64,000 nucleotides of DNA from an uncultured Blautia sp. (lineage in GTDB: Bacteria > Bacillota > Clostridia > Lachnospirales > Lachnospiraceae), in NCBI GenBank assembly GCA_900549015.1, contig URMH01000001.1:87775-151774 (forward strand). The letters are read 5' to 3'. Positions within the stretch are counted from its first letter, which is position 1. The number at the start of each line of letters is the position of its first letter. A model generated the notes under the pieces. It did no database searches and was not told the DNA's origin. It was given only the letters and a program-made list of their open reading frames with translations. Shown here one piece after another: positions 39,189 through 47,699 of the stretch. Made by a program: the position numbers and the translations under genes.

Positions 39189-39569
39189 ATGGCAGGGACT
39201 ACAGTTACAACACTGGCTAAGAAAAAAATGGTAAAAGCAAGAGCGGGGATTTCATCGCTCCCAAAGATTGTAGGCATGGCTTTTGGCGATGGAGGTGTAG
39301 ATTCGGGCGGAACAGTAAAACCACACAGTGCCGATCAGAACACCTTACATCATGAATTGCTTCGCAAGAACGTTGATGGTTATGAGGTTCTTTCTGATAC
39401 AAAAATCAGATATCGCTGCACACTGGCAGAAAATGAGCTGGCAAACACTTATATTTCTGAAGTTGGGTTATATGATGCAGATGGGGATATGGTGGCCATG
39501 AAAGCGTTTCTGAAGAAAGGAAAGGATGCAGACATGGAATGCGTGTTCGAGTGTGATGATACATTCTAA
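39189..39569 (+). CDS. phage tail-collar fibre N-terminal domain protein (DUF3751-like)
   Basis: IVGMAFGDGGVDSGG...P....T.LHHEL matches the tail-collar fibre family signature MAFGDGG. Confidence 0.5.
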   Translation: MAGTTVTTLAKKKMVKARAGISSLPKIVGMAFGDGGVDSGGTVKPHSADQNTLHHELLRKNVDGYEVLSDTKIRYRCTLAENELANTYISEVGLYDADGDMVAMKAFLKKGKDADMECVFECDDTF

Positions 39570-39637
39570 CGTATTTCGATATTTTGTAACAAGTAATCGG
39601 ATAATGATAGATAAATGTTATCATAAGGAGGTAGAAA

Positions 39638-41314
39638 ATGTCGTATTTCGATATTTCTGGAGCTGTTTTCAACAATCAGCTCCGCGAATTAGAAACTTCT
39701 GATCCTGCTCATGCAGATGTGTTTAACGCTGTCTTTCGACAGTTGATAAATAATGATGTGGCACTTATGGAAGCCGCCAGTATGTTTGCGGGAGAAAAAA
39801 ACAAACAGGCTGAATTCATTCTTAATCTCAAGAGAACTGGAAAAAAATATGGGGTCCATCATAGTGCATTTGATGTATCGCCATTGTCGGCGGGCACACG
39901 TACTCTCGATGCTGTAGGCATGGTAGCACAGCCTTCTACGAACACAGTAAGAGGAAGAAATGATTTTGAAGGCGAATCTGTTTTTTATGGATTGGAAGTT
40001 AATGGTCATGTAGATGATGCCGGAGAATTCATTGTGGAATATATTAAGGGAATCGACAATGAGTTCTCCAGGACAGAAAGAGATACATGGATGTTGTATC
40101 TGACTCAGTGGATTAACATAACCATTGATGCAAATGGAGAAAGCCTTGTTATCTCAGATGAACATCACGCAGGCTTCTTTCCGGAAGGAGCAGCAATCCG
40201 TACAGATCAGACTGTCAGACCGTTCGTTGCACAGGCTAAATATATGGCCGGAAATGGTTCTGATGGAAAGGCTGCATCTATTAGCGGAGTAAACGCTGCG
40301 CATGATCAGTCTCACAATGGAATGATTACACGATTCAAAGCCAAAGGAACACAGTATTGTGGAACAACTGCACAGGATAAAAACCATATGGACAACCTGT
40401 TTGAGGTCGCTTTCGCAACACGGAATTCACAGTCAATCATGTCTGGTTGCACAGGATATTACAACAGGTTCTATGCGACTGTTGTTGAAAATAATGTGGA
40501 ACGTATCATTATCAGCAAAAGTGATGCAAACTATTTGGTGGTCGGAAGCACGGTATCCATTGGAAATGCCACAGCTTTAAGTGGTAGCAATCCGACGGAT
40601 GATAGAGCAAATGCAGGACTTCATGCAAAAGCAAATCGTGTCATCATTACAAAAATTGAAGATTATGACAGCAATAATTCTGCAGTTTATGTAGATAATG
40701 GAGGAACTAAATTTTCTACCGGTTCTACAATGGTAGGCTCTACAGAAGTAAAGACCACTATCGTTACAATGCCATGGCACACAGGTGCATGCGATAATGT
40801 CCTTGGTTCTTGCGGTTCTCCGAACAGTAATACATCTGGAAAAGACCCATACATTCTGTTCGGTGTAGAAATGTTCCTGGGATTTTACGAAGTTATCAGC
40901 AATGTAATTCTTAAGATATCTAATCATGTAATGACGGCTTGCATTTGTTATGACTGCACAAAGTTAGCAACAAGTGTGACCTCGGATTATGTTGAGTGTG
41001 GATATAGCATTGCAGATACGCAGGCAAGTTGGAAATACATCAGTGAACTTGGCTATGATCCAGAGAACCCATCTGTAAGACATGGAACGAAAGTGGCAGC
41101 ATCATCCAGTACCGGATATGCAGATGGACAGTACACCGACAAGCTTGATCAGACTTCTGACGGGTTAAGAGAGTGGCTTTCCGGCGGCACCCTGTACGGC
41201 GGGTCTGTCGCGGGCCGGTGGTGTGCGGCCCTGGACGGCGGGCTCGGTTACAGCTGGTGGAACTATGCCGCGCGTCTTTCTGCTTCTGGACGCTGTGCGA
41301 AAGCAGCAGCGTAG
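39638..41314 (+). CDS. tail fibre / receptor-binding protein; DGR variable protein (C-terminal VR, C-type-lectin-like fold predicted)
   Basis: 558 aa after the collar-fibre gene; last ~45 codons are the VR that matches the downstream TR except at TR adenines. Confidence 0.7.
   Translation: MSYFDISGAVFNNQLRELETSDPAHADVFNAVFRQLINNDVALMEAASMFAGEKNKQAEFILNLKRTGKKYGVHHSAFDVSPLSAGTRTLDAVGMVAQPSTNTVRGRNDFEGESVFYGLEVNGHVDDAGEFIVEYIKGIDNEFSRTERDTWMLYLTQWINITIDANGESLVISDEHHAGFFPEGAAIRTDQTVRPFVAQAKYMAGNGSDGKAASISGVNAAHDQSHNGMITRFKAKGTQYCGTTAQDKNHMDNLFEVAFATRNSQSIMSGCTGYYNRFYATVVENNVERIIISKSDANYLVVGSTVSIGNATALSGSNPTDDRANAGLHAKANRVIITKIEDYDSNNSAVYVDNGGTKFSTGSTMVGSTEVKTTIVTMPWHTGACDNVLGSCGSPNSNTSGKDPYILFGVEMFLGFYEVISNVILKISNHVMTACICYDCTKLATSVTSDYVECGYSIADTQASWKYISELGYDPENPSVRHGTKVAASSSTGYADGQYTDKLDQTSDGLREWLSGGTLYGGSVAGRWCAALDGGLGYSWWNYAARLSASGRCAKAAA
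41172..41282 (+). repeat. DGR variable repeat (VR), 111 bp
   Basis: Aligns base for base with 41411-41521; 15 differences, all at positions where TR has A. Confidence 0.8.
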
Positions 41315-41338
41315 GGGGTGAATTGCCGAATGGCAAGA

Positions 41339-41356
41339 GGGGAGCTCCCCTTTTAT
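41339..41356 (+). terminator. GGGGAGCTCCCC palindrome plus TTTT after the fibre gene
   Basis: Perfect palindrome followed by T-run. Confidence 0.4.
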
Positions 41357-41410
41357 TTCCCGGCGTAGCCGGGGCGTTTTAAAATCATACGGACTCACGC
41401 TACGTTTGGC

Positions 41411-41521
41411 AGTGGCTTTCCGGCGGCAACCTGAACAACGGGTCTAACGCGGGCCGGTGGTATGCGAACCTGAACAACGGGCTCGGTAACAGCTGGTGGA
41501 ACTATGCCGCGCGAATTTCTG
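41411..41521 (+). repeat. DGR template repeat (TR), 111 bp, non-coding, Asn-codon (AAC) rich in the VR frame
   Basis: In the VR frame it reads GGNLNNGSNAGRWYANLNNGLGNSWWNYAAR. Confidence 0.8.
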
Positions 41522-41716
41522 TGAGAATTTTGATGTGTAGCGTGTTTCGCTGTCCTTTGAGACAGCCCTAAAATGGCGGGGGCGGAATGCCCGAAATTCA
41601 AGCACCAGCATCGGCGGTCAGGAAACTGACTGCTGACCCTGTGGCGGAAGTGGACACAGGTGGGGGTTAGTAGTAAAACCGAAAGCTCTTGAACACAGAA
41701 AGAAAGAGGACTGGTA

Positions 41717-43072
41717 ATGAAGACATATTGCCGAAGAATGGATATTTCTGGCGAAAATTTCATCAGGAAATACATAGCTGCATTTATATATGACAAGCTA
41801 GAAAATGGTAATATGCCGAGTATTTTTGCTTACTATGGAAGCATAAGTAAAAATGAGGCTAGAAGGCGGTTGGAGAATTCGCCGGAATTTGTAGCATCTG
41901 TGATCGATCAGATTGCGTATGAAATGTCGTGGCATTTGAAGACCAGAACTGTAAGGGAACATATCTATATGGTAGTTCCGGAAGAGAAACTTGTGAAAAA
42001 TGTTGATATAGTAGATGGAATGAGCGGAAAAATTAGAACGCTAGGACTTGAAAAGATGATCATGCAGCTATATGAGGTGTTGGCCAAGGAAGCGGCAGAT
42101 GAGTTGTGGACGGCAAAAGTCGGACTTTTTCAAGTTGCATCAATACCTGGAAGAGGACAAGCTTACGGCAAAAAATACATCGAACGATGGATGTCGCGTG
42201 ATCCGGAAGGAACTAAATATTGCGTTCAGTCAGATATAAAAAAATGCTATCCCTCTATGTCACATGATAAAATATTAGAATTTCTTCGAAGAGATTTAGG
42301 AAAGTCAGATATGTTGTTGTACTTGTTTGAGACTTTGATTGGATTGTATTCTGAAGCAAAGGTGCAGAATAAAGAGAAAGATTGCAAACATGGGATTTTT
42401 ATAGGCTCTCCGGTGTCGAAAGATCTGTGCAATTATTATCTATCTTATTTGTACCATTATTGCACAAATGAACTTTATGAAATGAAGACCAGACGAGGGA
42501 AGACAACAAGAAAAAGATTGATTTATCATATCATGATTCAGATGGATGATATCATTCTTTTTGGCTCTAATAAGAAAGATCTTCATAAGGCAATGCTGCT
42601 TGTTATTGAATTCGTAAAATCTACACTCTGTCTAAAGATCAAAGATTCCTGGTCGTTATTTCGTACAGGTTATGTTGACAGAAACGGAAAACAAAAAGGA
42701 AGGGATTTAGACTATATGGGGCTTGTGTTCCATGGACAGAATTTAATCAAAAGATGTTATTCCGGAAAAACAGTGACAATACGGAATGTGTCAACAAGGA
42801 TAAGAGCATCAATATTCCTAAAGGCTCGCAGGAAAATTCATAGATTTGCGAAAAAAATAAAGAACAAAAAGATTATAGGTAGTAAATTCGCCATGAGTAC
42901 CATAGCATATAACGGTTGGTTTGTAACAACAGACTCCTTTCTTGTGAGGGTTGCAGAATGTTGGGATCAACTTATTTCGATGGCTAAAAATATAATCAGC
43001 CGTTATGCGAAACAGAAAAGCTATGCTATGGAAAAATATTATAAGAAGTGGAGGAAATTGAATTATGCATAA
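41717..43072 (+). CDS. DGR reverse transcriptase
   Basis: RT motif 2 QSDIKKCYPSMSHDKILEFL, motif-4-like GIFIGSPVSKDLCNYYL, and motif 5 region HIMIQMDDIILFG with QMDD in place of YxDD; RBS AGAGGA. Confidence 0.75.
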   Translation: MKTYCRRMDISGENFIRKYIAAFIYDKLENGNMPSIFAYYGSISKNEARRRLENSPEFVASVIDQIAYEMSWHLKTRTVREHIYMVVPEEKLVKNVDIVDGMSGKIRTLGLEKMIMQLYEVLAKEAADELWTAKVGLFQVASIPGRGQAYGKKYIERWMSRDPEGTKYCVQSDIKKCYPSMSHDKILEFLRRDLGKSDMLLYLFETLIGLYSEAKVQNKEKDCKHGIFIGSPVSKDLCNYYLSYLYHYCTNELYEMKTRRGKTTRKRLIYHIMIQMDDIILFGSNKKDLHKAMLLVIEFVKSTLCLKIKDSWSLFRTGYVDRNGKQKGRDLDYMGLVFHGQNLIKRCYSGKTVTIRNVSTRIRASIFLKARRKIHRFAKKIKNKKIIGSKFAMSTIAYNGWFVTTDSFLVRVAECWDQLISMAKNIISRYAKQKSYAMEKYYKKWRKLNYA

Positions 43073-43754
43073 AACGAATAGCCCGGAATCACAAGGAAAC
43101 ATTACATATGCTGTTCTCCCAGATGGTTCCGCTGATGTATGGATTCGTAAGAACGAAGTCCAGCTTCCGGAAAAAGATGAAGGACCACAGGGTATGGAAG
43201 CAGATGAAATCTATTTTAAGGTTACAGTGTCCACCGCAACAAAAGAAGAAATATCTGCAGACATTGACTTCTGGTTCGACCAGTTAAAAGAGAAGGAGGA
43301 AGGTCTGAACGCAGATTATCTTTCTATTGAAACTTATCGTGCAAATAAGAAGAAAGAGATTTCGCAGATTTGCCAGAGTACAGTATTTGCAGGGGTGGAC
43401 ATTTCTATTTCTTCAGGAACAGAACATTTCAGCTTAAAAGATGAAGATCAGCTAAATCTCTTTGGAAAACAGGCTCAGCTGACCGCTGGCATCAAAAAAC
43501 TGGAATACCATGAAGACGGCAATCCGTGCCGGTATTATTCTGCTGAGGATATGCAGAAGATTATTAATGGTGCAATGGAATTCAAAAGCTATCACACAAC
43601 CTATGCGAATTCACTGAACATGTGGATCAAAGGCTGCTCCAAAGCTTCGGAAATCGCCAAGATTGAATACGGAGCACCGATCCCGGAAGAATATCAGTCC
43701 GAAGTTTTAAAGGACTATCTGGCCGAAATGGCAGCCGACAAGGAGGTTAAATGA
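43065..43754 (+). CDS. hypothetical acidic protein translationally coupled to the RT
   Basis: Start overlaps the RT stop by 8 nt; 229 aa, no recognised motif. Confidence 0.4.
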   Translation: MHKTNSPESQGNITYAVLPDGSADVWIRKNEVQLPEKDEGPQGMEADEIYFKVTVSTATKEEISADIDFWFDQLKEKEEGLNADYLSIETYRANKKKEISQICQSTVFAGVDISISSGTEHFSLKDEDQLNLFGKQAQLTAGIKKLEYHEDGNPCRYYSAEDMQKIINGAMEFKSYHTTYANSLNMWIKGCSKASEIAKIEYGAPIPEEYQSEVLKDYLAEMAADKEVK

Positions 43755-44176
43755 ATACTCTGAAGACCATAGGCAGAAACGCTGTGCTTTTCGCTATAGG
43801 AGGTACGATTTACTACATGATCGAACTGATATGGCGAGGGTACAGTTCGCTGCCTATGGTACTGGTTGGAGGGCTTTGCTTCTTGTTTTGTGGTTCGATA
43901 AATGAATTTCTAGGATGGGATATGCTCATATGGAAACAGATGTTTATCTGTGCTGTCGGGATAACTGCAATTGAGTTCCTTTCCGGATACATTTTGAATA
44001 TTGTATTGGGGCTTGGGATATGGGATTACAGCAATATGCCTTTTAATATAATTGGACAGATATGTCTTCCTTTTACTGTGGCATGGTATATCCTATCTCT
44101 ATTAGCTATTGTATTGGATGATCATCTGAGGTATTGGATATTTGGTGAAGAAAAACCAAGATACAAGTGGAGGTAA
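43751..44176 (+). CDS. four-helix integral membrane protein (possibly CmpB/DUF1113-like; lysis-module associated)
   Basis: Four hydrophobic segments; ATGA overlap with the upstream gene. Confidence 0.4.
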   Translation: MNTLKTIGRNAVLFAIGGTIYYMIELIWRGYSSLPMVLVGGLCFLFCGSINEFLGWDMLIWKQMFICAVGITAIEFLSGYILNIVLGLGIWDYSNMPFNIIGQICLPFTVAWYILSLLAIVLDDHLRYWIFGEEKPRYKWR

Positions 44177-44181
44177 CGACG

Positions 44182-44403
44182 ATGGATGAAAACCAGGTTT
44201 TAGAACTTGTGGAATTCTATGAAGATATGATTGAAAAGCAGGATGAAATCATAGTGAGGCAGAGCAGGTTCATCAAGAGCCTGGCAACCGAACTTTCTCA
44301 TTTGCGAAATATGTTGAATGTAGAAGCGAGCGAAGATGAAAGACTTGACGCAGGGATTATTGAAGAAGTAAAGGAAGAGTATGTAAGCATGAGGGAACCG
44401 TAG
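44182..44403 (+). CDS. hypothetical acidic small protein
   Basis: RBS GGAGGT 6 nt before ATG 44182. Confidence 0.35.
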   Translation: MDENQVLELVEFYEDMIEKQDEIIVRQSRFIKSLATELSHLRNMLNVEASEDERLDAGIIEEVKEEYVSMREP

Positions 44404-44417
44404 AGGTTCCCTTTTTT
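44393..44417 (+). terminator. intrinsic terminator (GGGAACC GTAGA GGTTCCC TTTTTT)
   Basis: 7-bp perfect stem and T6. Confidence 0.6.
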
Positions 44418-44576
44418 CATGGAGGTAAGGTATGGTGCATGCGAGAGATAGACCTTTTAGGCGCAACACATTGGCATCTATTAATGGCGAAAGGAGGTTC
44501 TTATGCGAAAACTGGTGGATTGGTTAATCGGAGGTAATCTGGATCGGCTCTTAAAAGCACTCGGAGGGGAAGAGTA

Positions 44577-44900
44577 ATGCTCGAAACATTTTGTCTATCT
44601 GTGCTTGGCAGCGGAGGTGTTGCCGGCATTTTTTTTGCTCTGATTCGTCACTATATTGAGCGAAGGCTCATGGAAGTGGAGGCACGAGAGCAGGAACGCA
44701 TTAAGTATAAAATTGAACAGAGAAAAGCGGATGAAGAAATTACACATGCTACGGGGCGCGTGCTCTTTTGGCTACATCATGCAATTGTAAAAGGAGAGCA
44801 TAATGGCGAGCTCGAAGAAGCATTTGAAAATCTTCAGCGTGCAGAAGCACACAAAAAAGAAATGGACAGAGAAGTTCTGGCCAAATACAGCATTGATTAG
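44577..44900 (+). CDS. membrane-anchored coiled-coil protein (holin-associated or lysis regulator?)
   Basis: N-terminal transmembrane helix then a charged coiled coil; RBS GGGGAAGAG. Confidence 0.35.
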   Translation: MLETFCLSVLGSGGVAGIFFALIRHYIERRLMEVEAREQERIKYKIEQRKADEEITHATGRVLFWLHHAIVKGEHNGELEEAFENLQRAEAHKKEMDREVLAKYSID

Positions 44901-44912
44901 GAGGAATTACTT

Positions 44913-45272
44913 ATGGAATTACTTAACTTTTTAAAACAGATTCCGTTCCCGGTATTACTGGTTGCGGTGTTAATTTTGCTTGTAGTGACTTTGGTTATTG
45001 CGTTTCAGTATGCCAAGCATAAAGGATTGGAAGGTATCCGTGAACAGGTATACCAGCTGATCCTGAAAGCGGAACATATGTATAAAGAATCAGGAACGGG
45101 ACAGCAGAAATTGAAATGGGTTGTTCAGCAGGCGAGAGGATTACTGCCAAAGTGGCTACAGGTTATTATGTCGGAAGATGCGCTGCTTAAGATAATTGAT
45201 GTGTGGTTTTGCGGCGTGAAAGATCTTTTAGACGATGGAAAAATTAATGGTTCACAGAAGGAAGGGGCTTAA
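44913..45272 (+). CDS. putative holin (LL-H-like)
   Basis: N-terminal transmembrane helix, size 119 aa, immediately upstream of the endolysin gene; RBS AGGAGGAA. Confidence 0.45.
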   Translation: MELLNFLKQIPFPVLLVAVLILLVVTLVIAFQYAKHKGLEGIREQVYQLILKAEHMYKESGTGQQKLKWVVQQARGLLPKWLQVIMSEDALLKIIDVWFCGVKDLLDDGKINGSQKEGA

Positions 45273-45298
45273 GCCCTTTCCTTTTTTAGGGGGATATT

Positions 45299-46747
45299 AT
45301 GAAAACGAATATAATGGGAACTGCAGTTGCTACGGTCCAGCAGATGCAGTCATATATACAGAAAGTTAATCCGGCAGTACCTAAATCCGTAATCGATATG
45401 GTTGAATATTATATATCAGAAGGAAAAACGGAAGGAGTAAGGGGAGATATCGCCTTTGCGCAAAGTTGCCTCGAAACAGGTAATTTCACATTCAATGGTT
45501 CTGCCGTAACATTGGACCAGAACAATTTTGCCGGAATCGGCGTTACAAAAAATGGTATGAAAGGGAATTCGTTCTCTCATCCATGGATCGGCATCCGGGC
45601 ACAGATCCAGCATCTTAAAGCATATGCATCTAACGAAAAACTGTACGGTGTATGCGTGGATCCTCGTTTCTGTTATGTGAAAAGAGGAATAGCCCCATAT
45701 GTTGAATGGCTTGGGATACAGGAAAATCCACAGGGCGGAGGCTGGGCCGCAGGGAAGAATTATGGATCAAAGATATTGGAAATTCTGGCGAAGATAATTG
45801 CGATGCCAGAAGCGAATAAGGAGGATGTTACAATGAATCTTAACACAAGTTTAATCAGCAATAACAACAGCTATGCAAATCAGGTACCTAAATACATCGT
45901 TATCCATAATACAGATAACTTTGCCAAAGGAGCAAATGCAAAGGCACATGCAAAGGCCCAGCATGACGGAAATTTCTCCGGCTACTCTGCTCATGTATAC
46001 GTTGATGATACCGAGGCTTATCAGGCAACTCCATTCGACAGAGGCGCTTGGCATGTCGGCGTTAACTACGGAGGTGGTCTTTTCGGAATTTGCAACAACC
46101 ACAATTCCATTGGCATTGAGATGTGTGTGCAGGCAGGGTATAATTACGAAAAAGCGTTCCAGAACACTGTTGAGATCTGCAAGATGCTGATGAAGAAGTT
46201 TGGAATTGACGCAAATCATGTGGTATCCCACTATGATGTGTGTGCGAAGAATTGCCCTTCTGCAATCCGGGCAAAAGGTGACTGGAACCGTTTCAAGCAG
46301 CTGATCGGTGCAAAGACGGCAGCTACAACTGTAGATAAATATTACAGAATCCGGAAAACCTGGGGCGACAGTAAGAGTCAGATCGGAGCGTACAAAAATC
46401 TTGAAAACGCAAAGAAAAACTGGAAAGAAGGTTACACAATCTTCGATTGGAACGGAAAAGCCGTATATCCAGAACAGAAAAAAGACACTTCATCAAGCGA
46501 AACAAAAGTTAGCCTGACCGAGAAATTAAATATTCAGCTTCCAGTGCTGCAGTCCGGAGCAGAAGGTTCGGCAGTACGTTGCCTGCAGGCAATACTCGGA
46601 GTTGCCGTTGATGGAGATTTTGGAAAGAATACCAAGACGGCACTTAAAACATTCCAGAAGAATGTCGGCATCGATGATGATGGTTGCTGTGGCCAGAATA
46701 CATGGAAGAAAATTGCTGACCACATGAATGCAAATACATTCAAATAA
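45299..46747 (+). CDS. endolysin: N-terminal glucosaminidase, central N-acetylmuramoyl-L-alanine amidase (Amidase_2), C-terminal PG_binding_1
   Basis: IAFAQSCLETGNF (glucosaminidase), SAHVYVDD..AWHVG..NHNSIGIEMC (Amidase_2/PGRP), LQSGAEGSAVRCLQAILGVAVDGDFGKNTKTAL (peptidoglycan-binding domain). Confidence 0.75.
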   Translation: MKTNIMGTAVATVQQMQSYIQKVNPAVPKSVIDMVEYYISEGKTEGVRGDIAFAQSCLETGNFTFNGSAVTLDQNNFAGIGVTKNGMKGNSFSHPWIGIRAQIQHLKAYASNEKLYGVCVDPRFCYVKRGIAPYVEWLGIQENPQGGGWAAGKNYGSKILEILAKIIAMPEANKEDVTMNLNTSLISNNNSYANQVPKYIVIHNTDNFAKGANAKAHAKAQHDGNFSGYSAHVYVDDTEAYQATPFDRGAWHVGVNYGGGLFGICNNHNSIGIEMCVQAGYNYEKAFQNTVEICKMLMKKFGIDANHVVSHYDVCAKNCPSAIRAKGDWNRFKQLIGAKTAATTVDKYYRIRKTWGDSKSQIGAYKNLENAKKNWKEGYTIFDWNGKAVYPEQKKDTSSSETKVSLTEKLNIQLPVLQSGAEGSAVRCLQAILGVAVDGDFGKNTKTALKTFQKNVGIDDDGCCGQNTWKKIADHMNANTFK

Positions 46748-46903
46748 TAACAAAACAGGTGCTTTTTAAAATATGTTTGCTTCAAAATTTGCCTTACAGG
46801 GTATAAAATATATCACGCAGTTTATAACAGTATTTGATATAATCTAACAAAAGTCCTTCCGATATATCAAGAGGTGCTAAATTATAACGGAAGGAGCAAT
46901 GGC

Positions 46904-47164
46904 ATGATTAAAATTTTACTGTCAAAAAAGCTTGGGGAGATGAGACTTACTCAGGCAGATTTGGCGAGGGCAACCGGAATAAGACCCAACACCATCAACG
47001 AGTTGTACCACGAGCTTGCAGATAGGGTGAATCTGGAACACCTCGACTTGATTTGCGAAGCCCTGGATTGTGAGCTGGATGAATTGATTGTTAGGGTACC
47101 GAACAAGGAATCAGCCATAACCCACACTCGCCAGGGAACTCAAAAACCCGGCAGAAAGAGGTAA
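46904..47164 (+). CDS. small HTH_26/XRE-type transcriptional regulator
   Basis: LGEMRLTQADLARATGIRPNTINEL HTH; extended -10 TGATATAAT upstream at 46840-46848. Confidence 0.5.
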   Translation: MIKILLSKKLGEMRLTQADLARATGIRPNTINELYHELADRVNLEHLDLICEALDCELDELIVRVPNKESAITHTRQGTQKPGRKR

Positions 47165-47186
47165 CCGCTGCAACGGTTACCTCTTA
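47160..47186 (+). terminator. hairpin GGTAACCG CTGCAA CGGTTACC plus T-rich tail; a second hairpin AAGAGGGG..CCCCTCTT follows at 47192-47209 (shared end of the convergent genes)
   Basis: 8-bp perfect stems. Confidence 0.5.
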
Positions 47187-47208
47187 TTAAAGAGGGGGTT
47201 TCCCCTCT

Positions 47209-47652
47209 TTATTTCACTTCTTTTAAATTATAATCCAATGAATCGTACAAATAATCTGTATCAAATCCCATATCTTTGTAACCTTGCAATACAGTTTTAA
47301 CATAACGGCTAGATGGCCTTCCCACAGTGGCTGAGTCAGGCAGGAGGTATATCATAGCCTTTTTCCTAGTGCCGTTTTTTAATTGTACAAATACATTTCT
47401 CTTTTTATAAAATCTCGGATATCCCTCGTACAGATCAAGAGCCTTCTCATTTTTGCTATCGATATTCCAAACAGCAACAGGAACCCTACTTCCTTTTTGC
47501 CTTTTGACGGTTGCATAAGATCCTGTGTGGCTTCCTCTGTAAAGCAATTTCCAATTTATCAGATATCCGGTAAATGCGACTGTCGCTCCAGGACAACGGT
47601 ATGACATTTGCTGTACGTTAAGATTACTTCCGTATGCTACATATAAACTCAT
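47209..47652 (-). CDS. gamma-glutamyl cyclotransferase-like (AIG2/GGCT fold) protein
   Basis: N-terminus MSLYVAYGSNLN..R.PG matches the YGSN-type GGCT signature; RBS GGGGAGAAAGGAAA on the minus strand. Confidence 0.6.
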   Translation of the reverse strand: MSLYVAYGSNLNVQQMSYRCPGATVAFTGYLINWKLLYRGSHTGSYATVKRQKGSRVPVAVWNIDSKNEKALDLYEGYPRFYKKRNVFVQLKNGTRKKAMIYLLPDSATVGRPSSRYVKTVLQGYKDMGFDTDYLYDSLDYNLKEVK

Positions 47653-47699
47653 GGTATTTCCTTTCTCCCCGTAAAGCCGTTAGGTCAGCCGATTTGTGA

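Larger units (their letters stand above)
41172..43072 (+). other. diversity-generating retroelement cassette (VR - TR - spacer - RT); no avd-like gene evident
   Basis: Adenine-specific VR/TR mismatch pattern plus an adjacent RT gene. Confidence 0.75.
1..47190 (+). mobile_element. Prophage (partial; continues beyond the window start): early/replication, DNA-modification, packaging, head, contractile-tail, DGR and lysis modules, all on the + strand
   Basis: Continuous unidirectional gene order terminase-portal-capsid-sheath-tube-tape measure-baseplate-fibre-holin-lysin. Right boundary approximate, placed at convergent terminators near 47.2 kb. Confidence 0.7.

Noticed and set aside
41283-41410. 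Search for an Avd accessory gene between VR and TR and around the RT
   Set aside because: There is no ORF of suitable size (~100-130 aa, basic, helical) in any frame there. Only the 229-aa acidic ORF downstream of the RT, which does not look Avd-like.
41165-41796. Minus-strand ORFs 41165..41398 and 41395..41796 (Arg/Pro-rich)
   Set aside because: They are antisense to the GC-rich DGR VR and TR, i.e. translations of repeat DNA, not genes.
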